Below are positions 34,213 through 44,872 of a stretch of 64,000 nt of DNA, one piece after another; position 1 is the first letter of the stretch, and each line of letters begins with the position of its first letter. The stretch lies in assembly GCA_043718025.1 (NCBI GenBank), contig JAYSWN010000172.1:29630-93629 (forward strand), given 5' to 3'. Both the position numbers and the translations under genes were made by a program. The notes beneath the pieces are model-generated. The model saw nothing but the letters and a program-made list of their open reading frames with translations, did not search any database and was not told the origin of the DNA. The stretch is from Pseudomonadota bacterium. Its GTDB lineage: Bacteria > Bdellovibrionota > FAC87 > UBA2466.

Positions 34213-37200
34213 TCAGCAATTGCTCAACGCGAAACTCTTTAACGGACGCTGTGTCTAAAGTACTAGAATATGACAGCCGCGTCTTTCTGGTAATGTCTTT
34301 TTGAATTACGACGCTAGGTACCGTAGGATTGGCATTGTCGTTGCTGCCGGCCGCCGAAGAGATGCTGGTGGACTGGGCCTGATTTTTGGATTTAATTTTG
34401 ATATCAAAGCCCAAATTACCCTGGATTTTAGACTGCAACGGAATCTGGCCCATCACCGCCGACCCCAAATCCATAAAATTTCCTTCCGAACCACGTCCCG
34501 TAAAGCCCAAGAGGAGCAACGAAATAATTTCGGGCTCACTGAGTGCGGGTGAAGAGGTAAGGCGGATGCGGTAATCTTCGGGAATGCCGTAGGCCAAAAG
34601 GGTGACTTCATACTCCGCCGGATTTTGCCCCTTCTCTTCTTTCTTGCGGGTGGTGCCCGACAGATTAAAGCGCGGAAGAATGCGGGATTCGCTTTCAAAT
34701 TTCACAACGCCAGAATTCAGAGTGAAAGGGGTTTCGCGGAACAGCAATTTACCATCGATTAACTCGGCCTGCCCGAGCAAGCCCATCGCGGTGTCCTTAC
34801 CGACCAGGTGGAAATTCCCCTTAAACTGCGCGTTTAGCAAATCTGTTTTTACGTGGGCCGCTCCGCGGCTGTTGCAATCGACGTCCAAGGTGAAGGTGGG
34901 CGTGAGGTTGCGCGGCTGGGCAAGGGGAGCCGCGGATTCGAGCTTAAGCAAATTGGCTTCGATGAGCTGACACTTTCCTGCAATGTGGTACGGCAATCCC
35001 TTTCCGGCGAAGGTAAAATCACCGCTCACCAGAGTTTCTAAATTATTGTCCATGAAGTGGAGCATGACCCGGTCGGTATTGATCGTAAGCCGAGGAACAA
35101 ACTTAGTGAAGAGATCCATCCCGATCTCGCCGCCCGCCTTTAAAACGCCCCCATTTACATTCGCGTCAAATTTATCGAAGCGGATTGCGTTGCTACTCAG
35201 CGTTAGCTGGGCGTCGATGCCCTTGATCTCATCGGTCATCCCCTTGAAACGCAGTGCCCCTTGTTCAATGCGGGCGTTGCCCAAAAAATCTCGTCTAGCG
35301 GACGACCCCGTTGCCCGCACCCCAAACGCTAACCGCCCCGAGGCCGATTCCACGAAAGGAAGAAACGGCCGCAACGCCCCGACGTCGGAACGGCCATCGA
35401 GACGACCTTGCCATTTCCCGCCGGTACTCCAATGCCAATCACCGCTGAATTGGCTATCGCCGCCTTCAAGTAAAAAGGGAGCGATTTTGAATTCACCCGG
35501 CTCCATTGAAATTTCAATCGGCTTACGGCTTTCCAGAACGGCGTTACGAAGGCCCAATCGAAGGGTATCGAGCTTGGCGCGGCCGCGCAGCGAATTCCAC
35601 CGCTCTAAACTGCCAACCAGATCGATGCGCCCCCCTAGCCGCACTTCCTGAAACGTATCCAGATCCATACCCAGTAGGGCGGAAAGCCATGGCAAGCCAT
35701 CAAATCGCACCAGGCTCATCGAAAGTTCGCCTTCTCCTTTTTTGATGGGATGGCGGTAGGTTCCGGCAAAGCTGCCATCGTTAGCCGCAAAGGTAGAACG
35801 CACTTGCGTTTCATCGCTCTGCATATTCAAGCTCCACTCAGGAATTTCAGCCGACCGAAAAGTGAATTTTTTTGCCTGAATTTTTCCGAGAGCCTGCGTT
35901 AACTTTCCTTCCTTCAACTTAAATTCAACATCGCCCAGTAGTTCGCCCGACAATGAGGTGCCCTTGAACTTCGCAAACTCTTCCAATCGCAGCGAATGGC
36001 TTTTGAAATGGAGTTCAGTTTCACCATCATCCAGACTCCCCGAGACTTGCAGTGCGCCCGTACGTTTAAAGAGCAGGATACGCCGCAACGAAGTGTGCTT
36101 GGGCCGAAAGTTGGTCGAAAAGCTCCCCCCCTGCCAGTGCTCTCCGTACCAATCAAAGTCTTTAGCCTGTCCCGTCGCTTCAATCTCTAACCCTTCGTTG
36201 TCACGCCCCCCCTCGATAAATACACGGCCACTCAACTCACCGCCGGTTGGTTCGGGAAAGGGCAGCACGCCTTCAGGAAACACCTGAAAGACCCGCGCCA
36301 ATTCCGTTCGTTTCACGTCCGCCTGAAACTTGTAGTGAGTCTTTTCTGGTGAAAAATCGACGTACCCACGGCCAAGAATAGGCTCGTCCGACGCCAGTAC
36401 CAGATCCTCGAAAGTCAAAAGACCGCTCTCGAAGTGGGCGCGCCCTTGAATCTCTCCCAAACGAACGCCCTCAATCTCGGAATCGTTCGTTGTAAACGCT
36501 CCGTTGATCTTGCCACCCAGGGCCTTCGAAGCCGAAATCTCCGCCTCCAGTTGAGCCACCGTGCCCTTCAAATTTAAATTGGAAATGTGCTTTAGCTCAG
36601 TAAGCGAAATGTTTTTCGCTTTCACCGAAAGCTCAGCCGAACTGTTGAATCCCAAGTGCCCCTTCACATCGGCACGACCACCCAAAACGTCCACGGCAGT
36701 ATCAAATGTCATTCGATCTAAGAAAAAAGTGATCTGCCCCTGAACCTTGCCCGCTCCGGCTTCGATAATGGGCTCTTTGGGGTCGTTACTTTCAACCACT
36801 AAGCCCGTAAACGGATTCTGCACATCGACGGCAATTTGAAACGGCCCGCTGAAGGCGCCGGTTACGTTGAGCTCCCCGTCAAAGTTCATATTCACCGGGG
36901 CATCGGCCGTACGCACATCGCTCAACAAATTTTTAAGGCTAAGTCCTTTAGCCTTCATTTTCCCCTGAATCGGGTAAGGTGGGGATAGGGAAACCGCCAA
37001 ATCGCGTGAGCTCAACTCACCACCGGCCCATAAAAAGGAAAGATCCTTTAGATGAAGCCAATTTTTGGGATCGCTCTCGAATAAAAAGTCACCGCTGCCG
37101 ATGCGATAACCGTCGACGTAAACGTTTTTGTACTTCAGGGCGCCCGTGGTCGAAATGGTCTTTTCGTTAGTTTTAGCTTTTAAGTGTAGACCAACGTTAC

Positions 37201-38038
37201 CGGCCAGTTCAGGAATCTCCCCCAGAATGCCGAGGCGATTTAACCACGAAATGTCGCCATCGTAGTCAATGGCCAGGGCGCTCGAGGAGGGAATTTTTTG
37301 TTTGGTGATTGCATCCAAAGAGCTCACTCCGGTGGTGGTGAGCGAAAACTTTTCGCCGTCTAATTGCAATCGATTGAGCCGTACGCTCTTTTCGGACCAG
37401 TCGGCGTCCAAATCAAAGCGTTTAATATCAATCTCGGTAGTTTCGTAACGCCCTTTACCGTTTCTGATCTCAGCCTGCACCGTCATTTGGCTCTTTGAGC
37501 CATTCTGAATAAAAAAGGTTAAACTCGGAGAGGTAAACGTCCACAGAGGAGCCGTCGATTTCAAATCCATCAGCGCGTCGACAAAACCCACTTTTTTAAA
37601 ATTGATACGAAACGGGATAGGGGTGGTGACCGTCTTTTTTTTTGAGCCACCAAACTCTTTTTGAAACAGAGGAATCCAACGTTCGACGTTGTGGGCCACG
37701 AATACCGGATGAAAAAAAGAAAGCTCCGTCACCTGAATTTCGCGCACCAAAAGCGCCAACGGCTGGAACTCGAACTTTATCTTATCGATGGTGATCTGCG
37801 GCAGCCCTTGAAATTTGCCCTTATCGTCGGCCAAAACCGTAACGCGGTTTAAATATATACGCGGGAAAAGCGCCGAAAACTCGATGCTTTCGATCTTAAG
37901 ATCGAGGCCCAAGGCCTTCAATTGCATCTGCATTTCGCTAATAATTCGCCGCTGCACGGGCGTGCTTCCCAGCACCACGTGCAATAGCACGTAGGCCGAG
38001 ACCAAGGCCACAATAAGTCCGACGAAAAAACGACGCAT
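34091..38038 (-). CDS. TamB/AsmA-like translocation-and-assembly module protein
   Basis: 1315 aa. N-terminal signal anchor MRRFFVGLIVALVSAYVL. C-terminal DUF490-like end ..VRYRFTFE. Confidence 0.75.
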   Translation of the reverse strand: MRRFFVGLIVALVSAYVLLHVVLGSTPVQRRIISEMQMQLKALGLDLKIESIEFSALFPRIYLNRVTVLADDKGKFQGLPQITIDKIKFEFQPLALLVREIQVTELSFFHPVFVAHNVERWIPLFQKEFGGSKKKTVTTPIPFRINFKKVGFVDALMDLKSTAPLWTFTSPSLTFFIQNGSKSQMTVQAEIRNGKGRYETTEIDIKRFDLDADWSEKSVRLNRLQLDGEKFSLTTTGVSSLDAITKQKIPSSSALAIDYDGDISWLNRLGILGEIPELAGNVGLHLKAKTNEKTISTTGALKYKNVYVDGYRIGSGDFLFESDPKNWLHLKDLSFLWAGGELSSRDLAVSLSPPYPIQGKMKAKGLSLKNLLSDVRTADAPVNMNFDGELNVTGAFSGPFQIAVDVQNPFTGLVVESNDPKEPIIEAGAGKVQGQITFFLDRMTFDTAVDVLGGRADVKGHLGFNSSAELSVKAKNISLTELKHISNLNLKGTVAQLEAEISASKALGGKINGAFTTNDSEIEGVRLGEIQGRAHFESGLLTFEDLVLASDEPILGRGYVDFSPEKTHYKFQADVKRTELARVFQVFPEGVLPFPEPTGGELSGRVFIEGGRDNEGLEIEATGQAKDFDWYGEHWQGGSFSTNFRPKHTSLRRILLFKRTGALQVSGSLDDGETELHFKSHSLRLEEFAKFKGTSLSGELLGDVEFKLKEGKLTQALGKIQAKKFTFRSAEIPEWSLNMQSDETQVRSTFAANDGSFAGTYRHPIKKGEGELSMSLVRFDGLPWLSALLGMDLDTFQEVRLGGRIDLVGSLERWNSLRGRAKLDTLRLGLRNAVLESRKPIEISMEPGEFKIAPFLLEGGDSQFSGDWHWSTGGKWQGRLDGRSDVGALRPFLPFVESASGRLAFGVRATGSSARRDFLGNARIEQGALRFKGMTDEIKGIDAQLTLSSNAIRFDKFDANVNGGVLKAGGEIGMDLFTKFVPRLTINTDRVMLHFMDNNLETLVSGDFTFAGKGLPYHIAGKCQLIEANLLKLESAAPLAQPRNLTPTFTLDVDCNSRGAAHVKTDLLNAQFKGNFHLVGKDTAMGLLGQAELIDGKLLFRETPFTLNSGVVKFESESRILPRFNLSGTTRKKEEKGQNPAEYEVTLLAYGIPEDYRIRLTSSPALSEPEIISLLLLGFTGRGSEGNFMDLGSAVMGQIPLQSKIQGNLGFDIKIKSKNQAQSTSISSAAGSNDNANPTVPSVVIQKDITRKTRLSYSSTLDTASVKEFRVEQLLNDNLSINATTTDRTKSSSATTSSTSSQSYGLDVRYRFTFE

Positions 38039-38049
38039 AAATTAGATTA

Positions 38050-39255
38050 TTATCTCTTCTTTTCCTTGCGAGGAGGGGCATCCCCCTCAAGCTCTCGTGT
38101 GATCTCAGTCTTTAAAAAACGGAGGTCCCGATAGTTAGGATCCCTTTTTTCTAAGGCTTCAATTTCAACCATTGCCCGCGGCCAGTCTCCCAATCGAACG
38201 TAGGTCTTGGCAAGGTGGTAGCGCACACTGTTGGCTTCATCGGCGGATATCCGCACATCGTGCAAGCATTCTTGCAAGGCCGGTAGCGCTTTTAGCGGTT
38301 CATCGACTCGTAGCAGAAACTCACCCAGTAAACAGCGTGCACGCAGAAACAAATCGTGCGAGGCCGGAACGGCGCGCAGCTCCTCGAAGGCCACTTCGGT
38401 TAAGCCCATTTCGAAATAGCCGATTGCGAGATCGATGCGTGATTTCGGATCGCTCTGTAAAGTGGCCTCGGCCCGTTTACGAAACTTGGCAAAATCCTGC
38501 GGCGCGGCGGCTTCAGGGGGAGGCGCGGCGTTTACGTCAGCATCCAGTTCGCGCTCAATTTCGGCAACCAGATCGCCCAACGTTAACTCACGCGGTGAGT
38601 CGACGCCCAATTCTTCTGGTTGGCGAACCTCGGTGGCGCGGAGCAACTCACCTTCGTCGGGAGCCAACAATGTAATGAGATCTTTTCGAGAAAGCTGACC
38701 AGCCCGAAAACTATCGAAATAGCGGCGCCCTTTCTCATTTTGAGTCTCGTGCAAAATCTTTTCTGCCCCCGCCAATGCCGGCCCATCTTGCGTGCGACTG
38801 GCTAGCGCCCGCAAAAAAGCGCGCATGGCACCCGACAGATCTCCGTCACCCTTTAGGCGCCGTGCAAGTTCAATGTCTTTTTCAGCCGCCTGGCGCTCGA
38901 TCTCTTTCGAACGTTCGAAAAACGCCTCTTTGACTTGCGGAAAATCGAGGAGCTCGCGTTCTAAGTACGTACGATACTCGTGGTAGCGATCGGGCTTGCG
39001 ATTGACCCAATCAAACGCCAAACGGGCCGCCGCTTTGGCTTCGTCGGGCAATTGCATTTCCGCCAGCACCCGCGCGTGAAACACGTAGAGACGGGGAGAG
39101 TCAGCGACCAGCGATAGTGCGTCTTCGACCAGTTTGCGAGCCTCGGCAAACTTTCCGTCTTTCAAACAAAGCCGGGCCGCATCGGCAAAGCGGGCTGCCG
39201 CCTCGCGCGCCCGATTGGAATTTTCGGTTTTGGCGGCCCCTTTTTTGGAAGGCAT
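38050..39255 (-). CDS. TPR repeat protein
   Basis: Repeated A..A..Y..LG.....A TPR-like helices. 401 aa. Confidence 0.6.
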   Translation of the reverse strand: MPSKKGAAKTENSNRAREAAARFADAARLCLKDGKFAEARKLVEDALSLVADSPRLYVFHARVLAEMQLPDEAKAAARLAFDWVNRKPDRYHEYRTYLERELLDFPQVKEAFFERSKEIERQAAEKDIELARRLKGDGDLSGAMRAFLRALASRTQDGPALAGAEKILHETQNEKGRRYFDSFRAGQLSRKDLITLLAPDEGELLRATEVRQPEELGVDSPRELTLGDLVAEIERELDADVNAAPPPEAAAPQDFAKFRKRAEATLQSDPKSRIDLAIGYFEMGLTEVAFEELRAVPASHDLFLRARCLLGEFLLRVDEPLKALPALQECLHDVRISADEANSVRYHLAKTYVRLGDWPRAMVEIEALEKRDPNYRDLRFLKTEITRELEGDAPPRKEKKR

Positions 39256-39369
39256 GCTTCGACCTCATTTTCAGAAAGTGTCCAGATGGAAACCTACCAC
39301 CGGGAGCGTCAGTACTTCTGGGGAGAGACGGAACAGAATAAGAACTGTGAGACGAGCACCAATAAGGCG

Positions 39370-39933
39370 CTATTTAACCTTTTCAACGTATTCGGAAGTG
39401 CGGGTATCGATTTTTAAAATATCGCCAATCTTTACGTGCAGCGGAACGTTGGTAACCAGGCCAGTGTGCATGGTGGCCGGCTTTCCGCCGCCTCCACTCA
39501 CCGTGTCGCCCTTTATGGCGGGTTCGGTGTAAGTCACCGTCAAATTGATAAACGTCGGTAAGTCGATGGCGATCGGACGCTCGTTAAAGTACAGAACTTC
39601 AATTTCAAGATTCTCGATTAGAAAACCCTTTTTATCACCTACGGCTTCGGGGCTCAAAAGCACTTGGTCAAAAGAGCCCATGTCCATAAACTGATAGCCA
39701 TCTTGGTCTTTGTACAAAAACTGCATCGTGCGCTTATCGAGGGCCGGTTCGCCCACTCGTTCACCCGACTTGAAGGTCTTTTCTTGCAAGTTTTGGTTGA
39801 TGAGATTCTTCATCTTGGTACGAGTAAAAGCGTTACCCTTGCCTGGCTTGACGTGCTGAAACTCAACAATTTGAAATGGAGTTCCTTCAAATTCAATGTA
39901 TAGGCCGCGTTTGAAGTCTGACGTTTCGTACAT
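39370..39933 (-). CDS. efp: Elongation factor P
   Basis: MYETSDFKRGLYIEFEGTPFQIVEFQHVKPGKGNAFTRTKMKNL. 187 aa. Confidence 0.9.
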   Translation of the reverse strand: MYETSDFKRGLYIEFEGTPFQIVEFQHVKPGKGNAFTRTKMKNLINQNLQEKTFKSGERVGEPALDKRTMQFLYKDQDGYQFMDMGSFDQVLLSPEAVGDKKGFLIENLEIEVLYFNERPIAIDLPTFINLTVTYTEPAIKGDTVSGGGGKPATMHTGLVTNVPLHVKIGDILKIDTRTSEYVEKVK

Positions 39934-39967
39934 AGGCCTTGGGTTTTCGCCGAAATGCGAAGGAATT

Positions 39968-41329
39968 TCAAGACTCTTTTACTTTATGAAGCATGTCTTT
40001 CAGGGCTTTGATTTGGCGCATGCGCACCAAGGCCTCTTGATCGACCCCCAATTTTACCCGACAGGCCTGAATCTTTTTTTCAATTTCAGGCCCTGGTTTG
40101 ACGACCGCGATTTTCTCAAAGATCTGCAAAGCCTTATCGTATTGCTGTTGCCCAAAGTACAGATCGCCCAAGGTCGCCGTAGTGATTTCGTGACCCGACT
40201 CTGGTTCGGCAAACACTTGGCTGATGTGCGAGATCTGAAAGCTCTCGCTTTCAGTCTTGGCATCGACGCCCAGCAGCCCTTCAATCTGGCCATGCCCTTC
40301 GCCATCATCGTCCCAACCATCCATTGCGGCATCGGCCGCCACCGGATCTAACGCCGGAAGCGGTGGCCACACTTCGGCGGCCGAATTGGCCTTGGCGTCG
40401 CTCTCTGTTGGAGTGAAAGGGGCCATCGTACCCAGGGGCATTCTCTCCGCCGCCTCTTTTTGAATGCGGGCATTCCACTCGGCCACCAGCTCTTCAGCCG
40501 TAGGGATAGCGGGCAAAGGCTCAATGGCTGCTTCGGCGGGCGGCACGGGTGCCGATGCTACAGCGGGCGCCGGATCGGGCTCCGGCGGCAAGCCTTCCAA
40601 TCCAGGTGCCTCTTCAAAAAAATCGTTTTCAAGAACTCGTTCGGAACTCTCCACAAATGGGGGCTGAACTTGGGATGGAAGCTCAGGCAGAGTGAGCAAA
40701 GCTTCCGGAGGTCGTCCAAAAAAGAGTTGCGGATCGTCGTCGGCAGACTCTTGCTCCCCCTCTTCCATCGCCAGTTGCTCAAGCAGTTCGCTAGTGGTGG
40801 GCCGGCGTCTCACTTCGGACGCGGAGGCAAGGGCCTCCGACGCCTCCTTGGCGTCTTTCGCCGTGCTCTTTTCCAAATCGTAAATTTTTTGCGAGAGATG
40901 GGGATCGCTGGGAGACAACAACTCCGCCATGCGAAACGCCCGGAGCGCCTGGCCTTTTTCTTTGAGCGCAAGGCACGCTTCACCCAAAAGCTTTTGGGCG
41001 AGTAAATTCTCGGGAACGACGTGAACCACTTTTTCTAATTCGTATTTTGCCAATACAAATTCTCGTTTGTCCAAAAAGCAGCGGGCAAGCGCCACCCGAC
41101 CGCCGTAAAAATCGGGATGATGACTTAAGCCCTCTTGGCAAATCGCAATGGCGTCATCGAGACGGCCCATTCGGCGGTACGCCTCAGAAAGGGGAGCAAA
41201 AATTCGGCTCGTGGGGTCTTCGCGAAAACGCCGCAGGTACTCCTGAAAGTACGGGCCCTCTTCTTGATACAGCCGTCCGAGTGCCTCGCGAATCCGAGGT
41301 GATCCTTTGTGTCCCTTGTTTGATTCCAT
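39968..41329 (-). CDS. TPR repeat protein with an acidic, Pro-rich central linker
   Basis: N- and C-terminal TPR-like helices around a PE/PA-rich low-complexity segment. Confidence 0.55.
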   Translation of the reverse strand: MESNKGHKGSPRIREALGRLYQEEGPYFQEYLRRFREDPTSRIFAPLSEAYRRMGRLDDAIAICQEGLSHHPDFYGGRVALARCFLDKREFVLAKYELEKVVHVVPENLLAQKLLGEACLALKEKGQALRAFRMAELLSPSDPHLSQKIYDLEKSTAKDAKEASEALASASEVRRRPTTSELLEQLAMEEGEQESADDDPQLFFGRPPEALLTLPELPSQVQPPFVESSERVLENDFFEEAPGLEGLPPEPDPAPAVASAPVPPAEAAIEPLPAIPTAEELVAEWNARIQKEAAERMPLGTMAPFTPTESDAKANSAAEVWPPLPALDPVAADAAMDGWDDDGEGHGQIEGLLGVDAKTESESFQISHISQVFAEPESGHEITTATLGDLYFGQQQYDKALQIFEKIAVVKPGPEIEKKIQACRVKLGVDQEALVRMRQIKALKDMLHKVKES

Positions 41330-41338
41330 CGTCTTTAA

Positions 41339-42700
41339 TTATCTGCTCTTTTGGCCGGGAAACCAATGTTTGGCCGCCAGAAAACGCACGGACGTGACCG
41401 CTAGCGTTATTAATAAGACTTCCGCCGCAAGACATTCCCCTAGTGTGGGGCGAAGCGTCGAAAATGAGAGCGCCTTCACGTGAGGCAGGTAACCCTCAAG
41501 CCCACGCTCAAAAAAACCAAGTCCCCGCTCTATCCACGTCGCCAAGGAAAAAACCCAAGCCTGAGGGAGGCCATGAGCCACGACGGGGGCCAAAAATCCC
41601 AGGGGTAGAAAAACCGCCGCCCACAACGCTCCCCCCACCCCCCCAAGTAAAATGCCGAGCACGGCCACTTTAGAAAACAGATGCGCGGTCCACGGCAGAA
41701 TTAACATCGGCACGAAGAGAGAAAGCAATATGGCGGTGGCCCATGTCTTTTTGCCGGGTTGATTTTCGGAAACATGAAACAAGGCGAAGGTGCCCCAAGC
41801 GCTCAGTAAAAAGCCTGGAGACAAGGCCACGCCAGGGTCCCACGCCAAGGCAAAAGCAAATGAGGAAGCCAGCCACTGCAATGAGTTGGTGCGCATCGAT
41901 CGGCATTTGAGACAGCACCAAAACAGCGCCATCCACCAAGTGCGCTTCATGGAGGGCAGCCCGCCACTCGTCCACAACAGTAAACTGGCCCCGGCCAGCA
42001 GCCGAAAACGGCGCCAACCCAAGGCCAACGCCCGTAAGGCGCTGGCCGGCGTTCCGACGATTAAAAGGGGAAACAGAGCGCCAAAGAAAAGGCCGGCGGC
42101 AGCTTCGGCCCCGATCAAAAAGATCGCCACGTGTTCGCCGCTCAAAGCCAAAATCGCCAAGAGCCCCCCCTCGCGAAAAATTTGAATCACCGCAGGAGAT
42201 TGAAAAATGGTCTCTCCAGTCCAGGTCGACTGCGCCAAGGCATGCAGTCGGGGAAAGCCATTGAGTGGCGAAAAAAAGGCATTCAACAAAGAGGCACGTA
42301 GGGTCACTTTGCTGGTGACTTCGGTGAGTGACGCCAACCGAAAGTGCCAACTGGGCGAATCTTGAAAATTGGTGCTTGGAAAAAGTGAGGGGTTGCGATG
42401 GGGCGGCCGACAAAAGAGGCGACCCGAAACACGATACTGTCGTCCGATTTGCGGAGCCATGACGGCGGGCCTTCCTAAAGGCGAAACGGTGAGGACTTCG
42501 GGTAAAAACGGCAGTTGGGAATTGGGTTCGGGGCTAAACCGGTAACGCCCCCCTTCCCCCTCAACCAGAGCCAAAAAGACCACCGGCTGACTGGATGGGT
42601 GTTGATAGCAATCGGTCCAGCGCTGCTCTCGGCCTTGGCGGTGGAAGGCCAGGCGAACCCCGATCAATAAGAAAACTACGGACAGAGCGAAAATTTTCAT
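41339..42700 (-). CDS. ComEC/Rec2-like membrane protein (competence domain only, no metallo-beta-lactamase domain)
   Basis: N-terminal signal then a polytopic region with LAILALSGEHVAIFLIG (ComEC SGxHV-type motif). 9 nt upstream of the TPR gene. Confidence 0.5.
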   Translation of the reverse strand: MKIFALSVVFLLIGVRLAFHRQGREQRWTDCYQHPSSQPVVFLALVEGEGGRYRFSPEPNSQLPFLPEVLTVSPLGRPAVMAPQIGRQYRVSGRLFCRPPHRNPSLFPSTNFQDSPSWHFRLASLTEVTSKVTLRASLLNAFFSPLNGFPRLHALAQSTWTGETIFQSPAVIQIFREGGLLAILALSGEHVAIFLIGAEAAAGLFFGALFPLLIVGTPASALRALALGWRRFRLLAGASLLLWTSGGLPSMKRTWWMALFWCCLKCRSMRTNSLQWLASSFAFALAWDPGVALSPGFLLSAWGTFALFHVSENQPGKKTWATAILLSLFVPMLILPWTAHLFSKVAVLGILLGGVGGALWAAVFLPLGFLAPVVAHGLPQAWVFSLATWIERGLGFFERGLEGYLPHVKALSFSTLRPTLGECLAAEVLLITLAVTSVRFLAAKHWFPGQKSR

Positions 42701-42827
42701 GCAAAAGCGGACAGAGCAATTTTCTCGCCAAGGCTTGATAACCCTTTAACAATAAGGGGAGCCCGGCATAAGGGCGGCAAAAATTGCCGGTAAGTCTAAG
42801 GGAATTGCTGTGTTGCGCTGACTGTGC

Positions 42828-42857
42828 TTGACGTGCCCCTAACCTATCCGCTACAAA
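42828..42857 (+). promoter_or_regulatory. Candidate sigma-70 promoter for rplU-rpmA
   Basis: TTGACG-N18-TACAAA about 35 nt upstream of the rplU start. Confidence 0.35.
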
Positions 42858-42892
42858 CCCATGCTTTGACTAATATCTATTGAGGTTTGCGT

Positions 42893-43210
42893 ATGTACGC
42901 GGTGATTCGTTCGGGCAGCAAGCAATACAGAGTGGAACCAGGCCAAGAACTCTTGGTGGAACTTCTTACCGCTGAACCCGGCACATCTTTAAAGATTGAC
43001 GACGTTTTATTGGTTTCCAACGGCAGCTCGGTTGCCGTGGGAACTCCGAAAGTGGCGGCTACCGTTCATTGCACCGTGTTGGGCGATGAAAAAGGGCCAA
43101 AGCTGCGCACGATTAAATACCGTCGCCGGAAGCATTACATGCGCAAATACGGACATCGTCAGGGCTATACCCGGTTGCAGATCGACAAGATCGAAAGCCT
43201 CGGTAACTAA
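42893..43210 (+). CDS. rplU: 50S ribosomal protein L21
   Basis: MYAVIRSGSKQYRVEPGQ. ATG 42893 with TGAGGT RBS. The ORF-track TTG at 42887 is rejected. Confidence 0.9.
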   Translation: MYAVIRSGSKQYRVEPGQELLVELLTAEPGTSLKIDDVLLVSNGSSVAVGTPKVAATVHCTVLGDEKGPKLRTIKYRRRKHYMRKYGHRQGYTRLQIDKIESLGN

Positions 43211-43239
43211 GCTGAACAACAAGTAGGGGAGAGACTTCC

Positions 43240-43527
43240 ATGGCACATAAGAAAGCAGGCGGCAGCTCTAGAAACGGCCGCGATAGTCAGGGTCAGCGCC
43301 TCGGCGTAAAAGTTTTTGGTGGCCAAGTGGCTAAAGCCGGAAACATCATCGTTCGTCAGCGCGGCAGTAAATTTCACGCCGGGCTTAACGTAGCGTACGG
43401 CCGTGACTGGACGCTTTACGCCTTGATTGAAGGCACCGTTACTTTTGAACGCTTAGATAAAACGCGTAAGCGCGTTGCCGTATACCCTTTGGTCGAACGA
43501 GCGCCTTTGGCAGTGGCGAAAGCCTAA
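43240..43527 (+). CDS. rpmA: 50S ribosomal protein L27
   Basis: [29 protein letters not shown]. Confidence 0.9.
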   Translation: MAHKKAGGSSRNGRDSQGQRLGVKVFGGQVAKAGNIIVRQRGSKFHAGLNVAYGRDWTLYALIEGTVTFERLDKTRKRVAVYPLVERAPLAVAKA

Positions 43528-43574
43528 TCCGATTCAAGGCTTAAGTGCCTTGATCGCAATTTTCTTTTTTTTAA

Positions 43575-43601
43575 GGGTGCGACTTAGGTCGTGCCCTTTT
43601 T
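43575..43601 (+). terminator. Intrinsic terminator after rpmA
   Basis: GGGTGCGAC-TTAG-GTCGTGCCC followed by TTTTT. A smaller hairpin and T-run lie at 43535..43572. Confidence 0.4.
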
Positions 43602-43726
43602 ATTTTCCGCCACTGGATTGCTTACCCACCTTTGTGGCATAAGAGGCCAAAGCGGTAGAGACCTAAATAGTCTTGAATCAAGTATCTGGCCGAATTATTG
43701 GGGGCCTTCCCCCGTAGGATTTTAGT

Positions 43727-44872
43727 ATGGCGCTCATCGACGAAGTGACGATCAAGGTAATTTCTGGTGCCGGGGGCAACGGTTGCCGCAGCTTTCGCCG
43801 TGAAAAATACGTACCATTCGGTGGCCCTAACGGGGGCGACGGGGGACGGGGCGGCCACGTTCACCTTCACGCCACGCGCGATAAAACCAGCCTTTTAGAT
43901 TTTAAGTTTCGCCCCAAATACGAAGGCGAACGCGGTGAGCACGGCATGGGTTCGGATATGTACGGCAAAGCCGGTAACGATCTTCACCTTTCGGTTCCGG
44001 TGGGCACCTTGGTGTACGATTTGAACTCGGGCGAATTGGTGGCAGATCTGGTGGAACACGAACAGACTTTGGTCATCGCTAAGGGCGGCCGTGGCGGCTT
44101 GGGTAATATTCACTTTAAGACGTCGACCAATCGCGCGCCACGCACCAGCACTCCGGGCGAAGCCGGCGAAGAGCGTGAACTTCGATTAGAATTGCGCCTA
44201 TTAGCCGACGTTGGGTTGTTGGGTTTGCCAAACGCCGGAAAGTCCTCATTTTTGACGGCGGTATCGCGGGCGCGGCCTAAGATTGCCGACTACCCGTTCA
44301 CCACCCTTGAACCGCACTTAGGAGTGGTGAGCCACAAAGATCAAGGTTTCGTAGTGGGCGATCTGCCCGGCCTCATTGAAGGCGCTTCGGATGGCGTGGG
44401 ATTAGGAATTAAGTTTTTAAAACATGTGTCGCGTAACCGCGTACTACTGCACTTGGTAGAGGCCACGTCGGATGCGGAAAGCATTCAAAAGCAGGTGGAA
44501 ATTATCGAAACAGAGCTCGAAGCCTTTGACCCTGAGCTGCTGAAACGAAAGCGAATTTTAGTTTTCACAAAGATCGATCTGTTTCCACCCGAAGAGCTTG
44601 AAGCACGAAAGGCCGCGTTAGCAGAAAAAGGGCTGACCGGATTTTGGATCAGCAGCCACGCTCGCCACGGCATTGCTGAACTGCTCGACTGCTTGATTGA
44701 AGAGATCAAAGTTGCGGCCGAAGCGGAAAAAGCCGCTAAGCTAATTATCGATGCCGAAAATGCGGCGGCGGCCATTGTCTTGGCGGCCAAAAAGGCTGAT
44801 GAGATCGCGGGCACCGAAATACCCACGGCTCGCCGTCCATCACGCAGCCCGAGAGAAGAAGCCGCCCATTGA
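43727..44872 (+). CDS. obg: GTPase Obg/CgtA
   Basis: N-terminal Gly-rich Obg fold (FRREKYVPFGGPNGGDGGRGG). G1 GLPNAGKSS, DLPGLIEGA. Confidence 0.9.
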   Translation: MALIDEVTIKVISGAGGNGCRSFRREKYVPFGGPNGGDGGRGGHVHLHATRDKTSLLDFKFRPKYEGERGEHGMGSDMYGKAGNDLHLSVPVGTLVYDLNSGELVADLVEHEQTLVIAKGGRGGLGNIHFKTSTNRAPRTSTPGEAGEERELRLELRLLADVGLLGLPNAGKSSFLTAVSRARPKIADYPFTTLEPHLGVVSHKDQGFVVGDLPGLIEGASDGVGLGIKFLKHVSRNRVLLHLVEATSDAESIQKQVEIIETELEAFDPELLKRKRILVFTKIDLFPPEELEARKAALAEKGLTGFWISSHARHGIAELLDCLIEEIKVAAEAEKAAKLIIDAENAAAAIVLAAKKADEIAGTEIPTARRPSRSPREEAAH

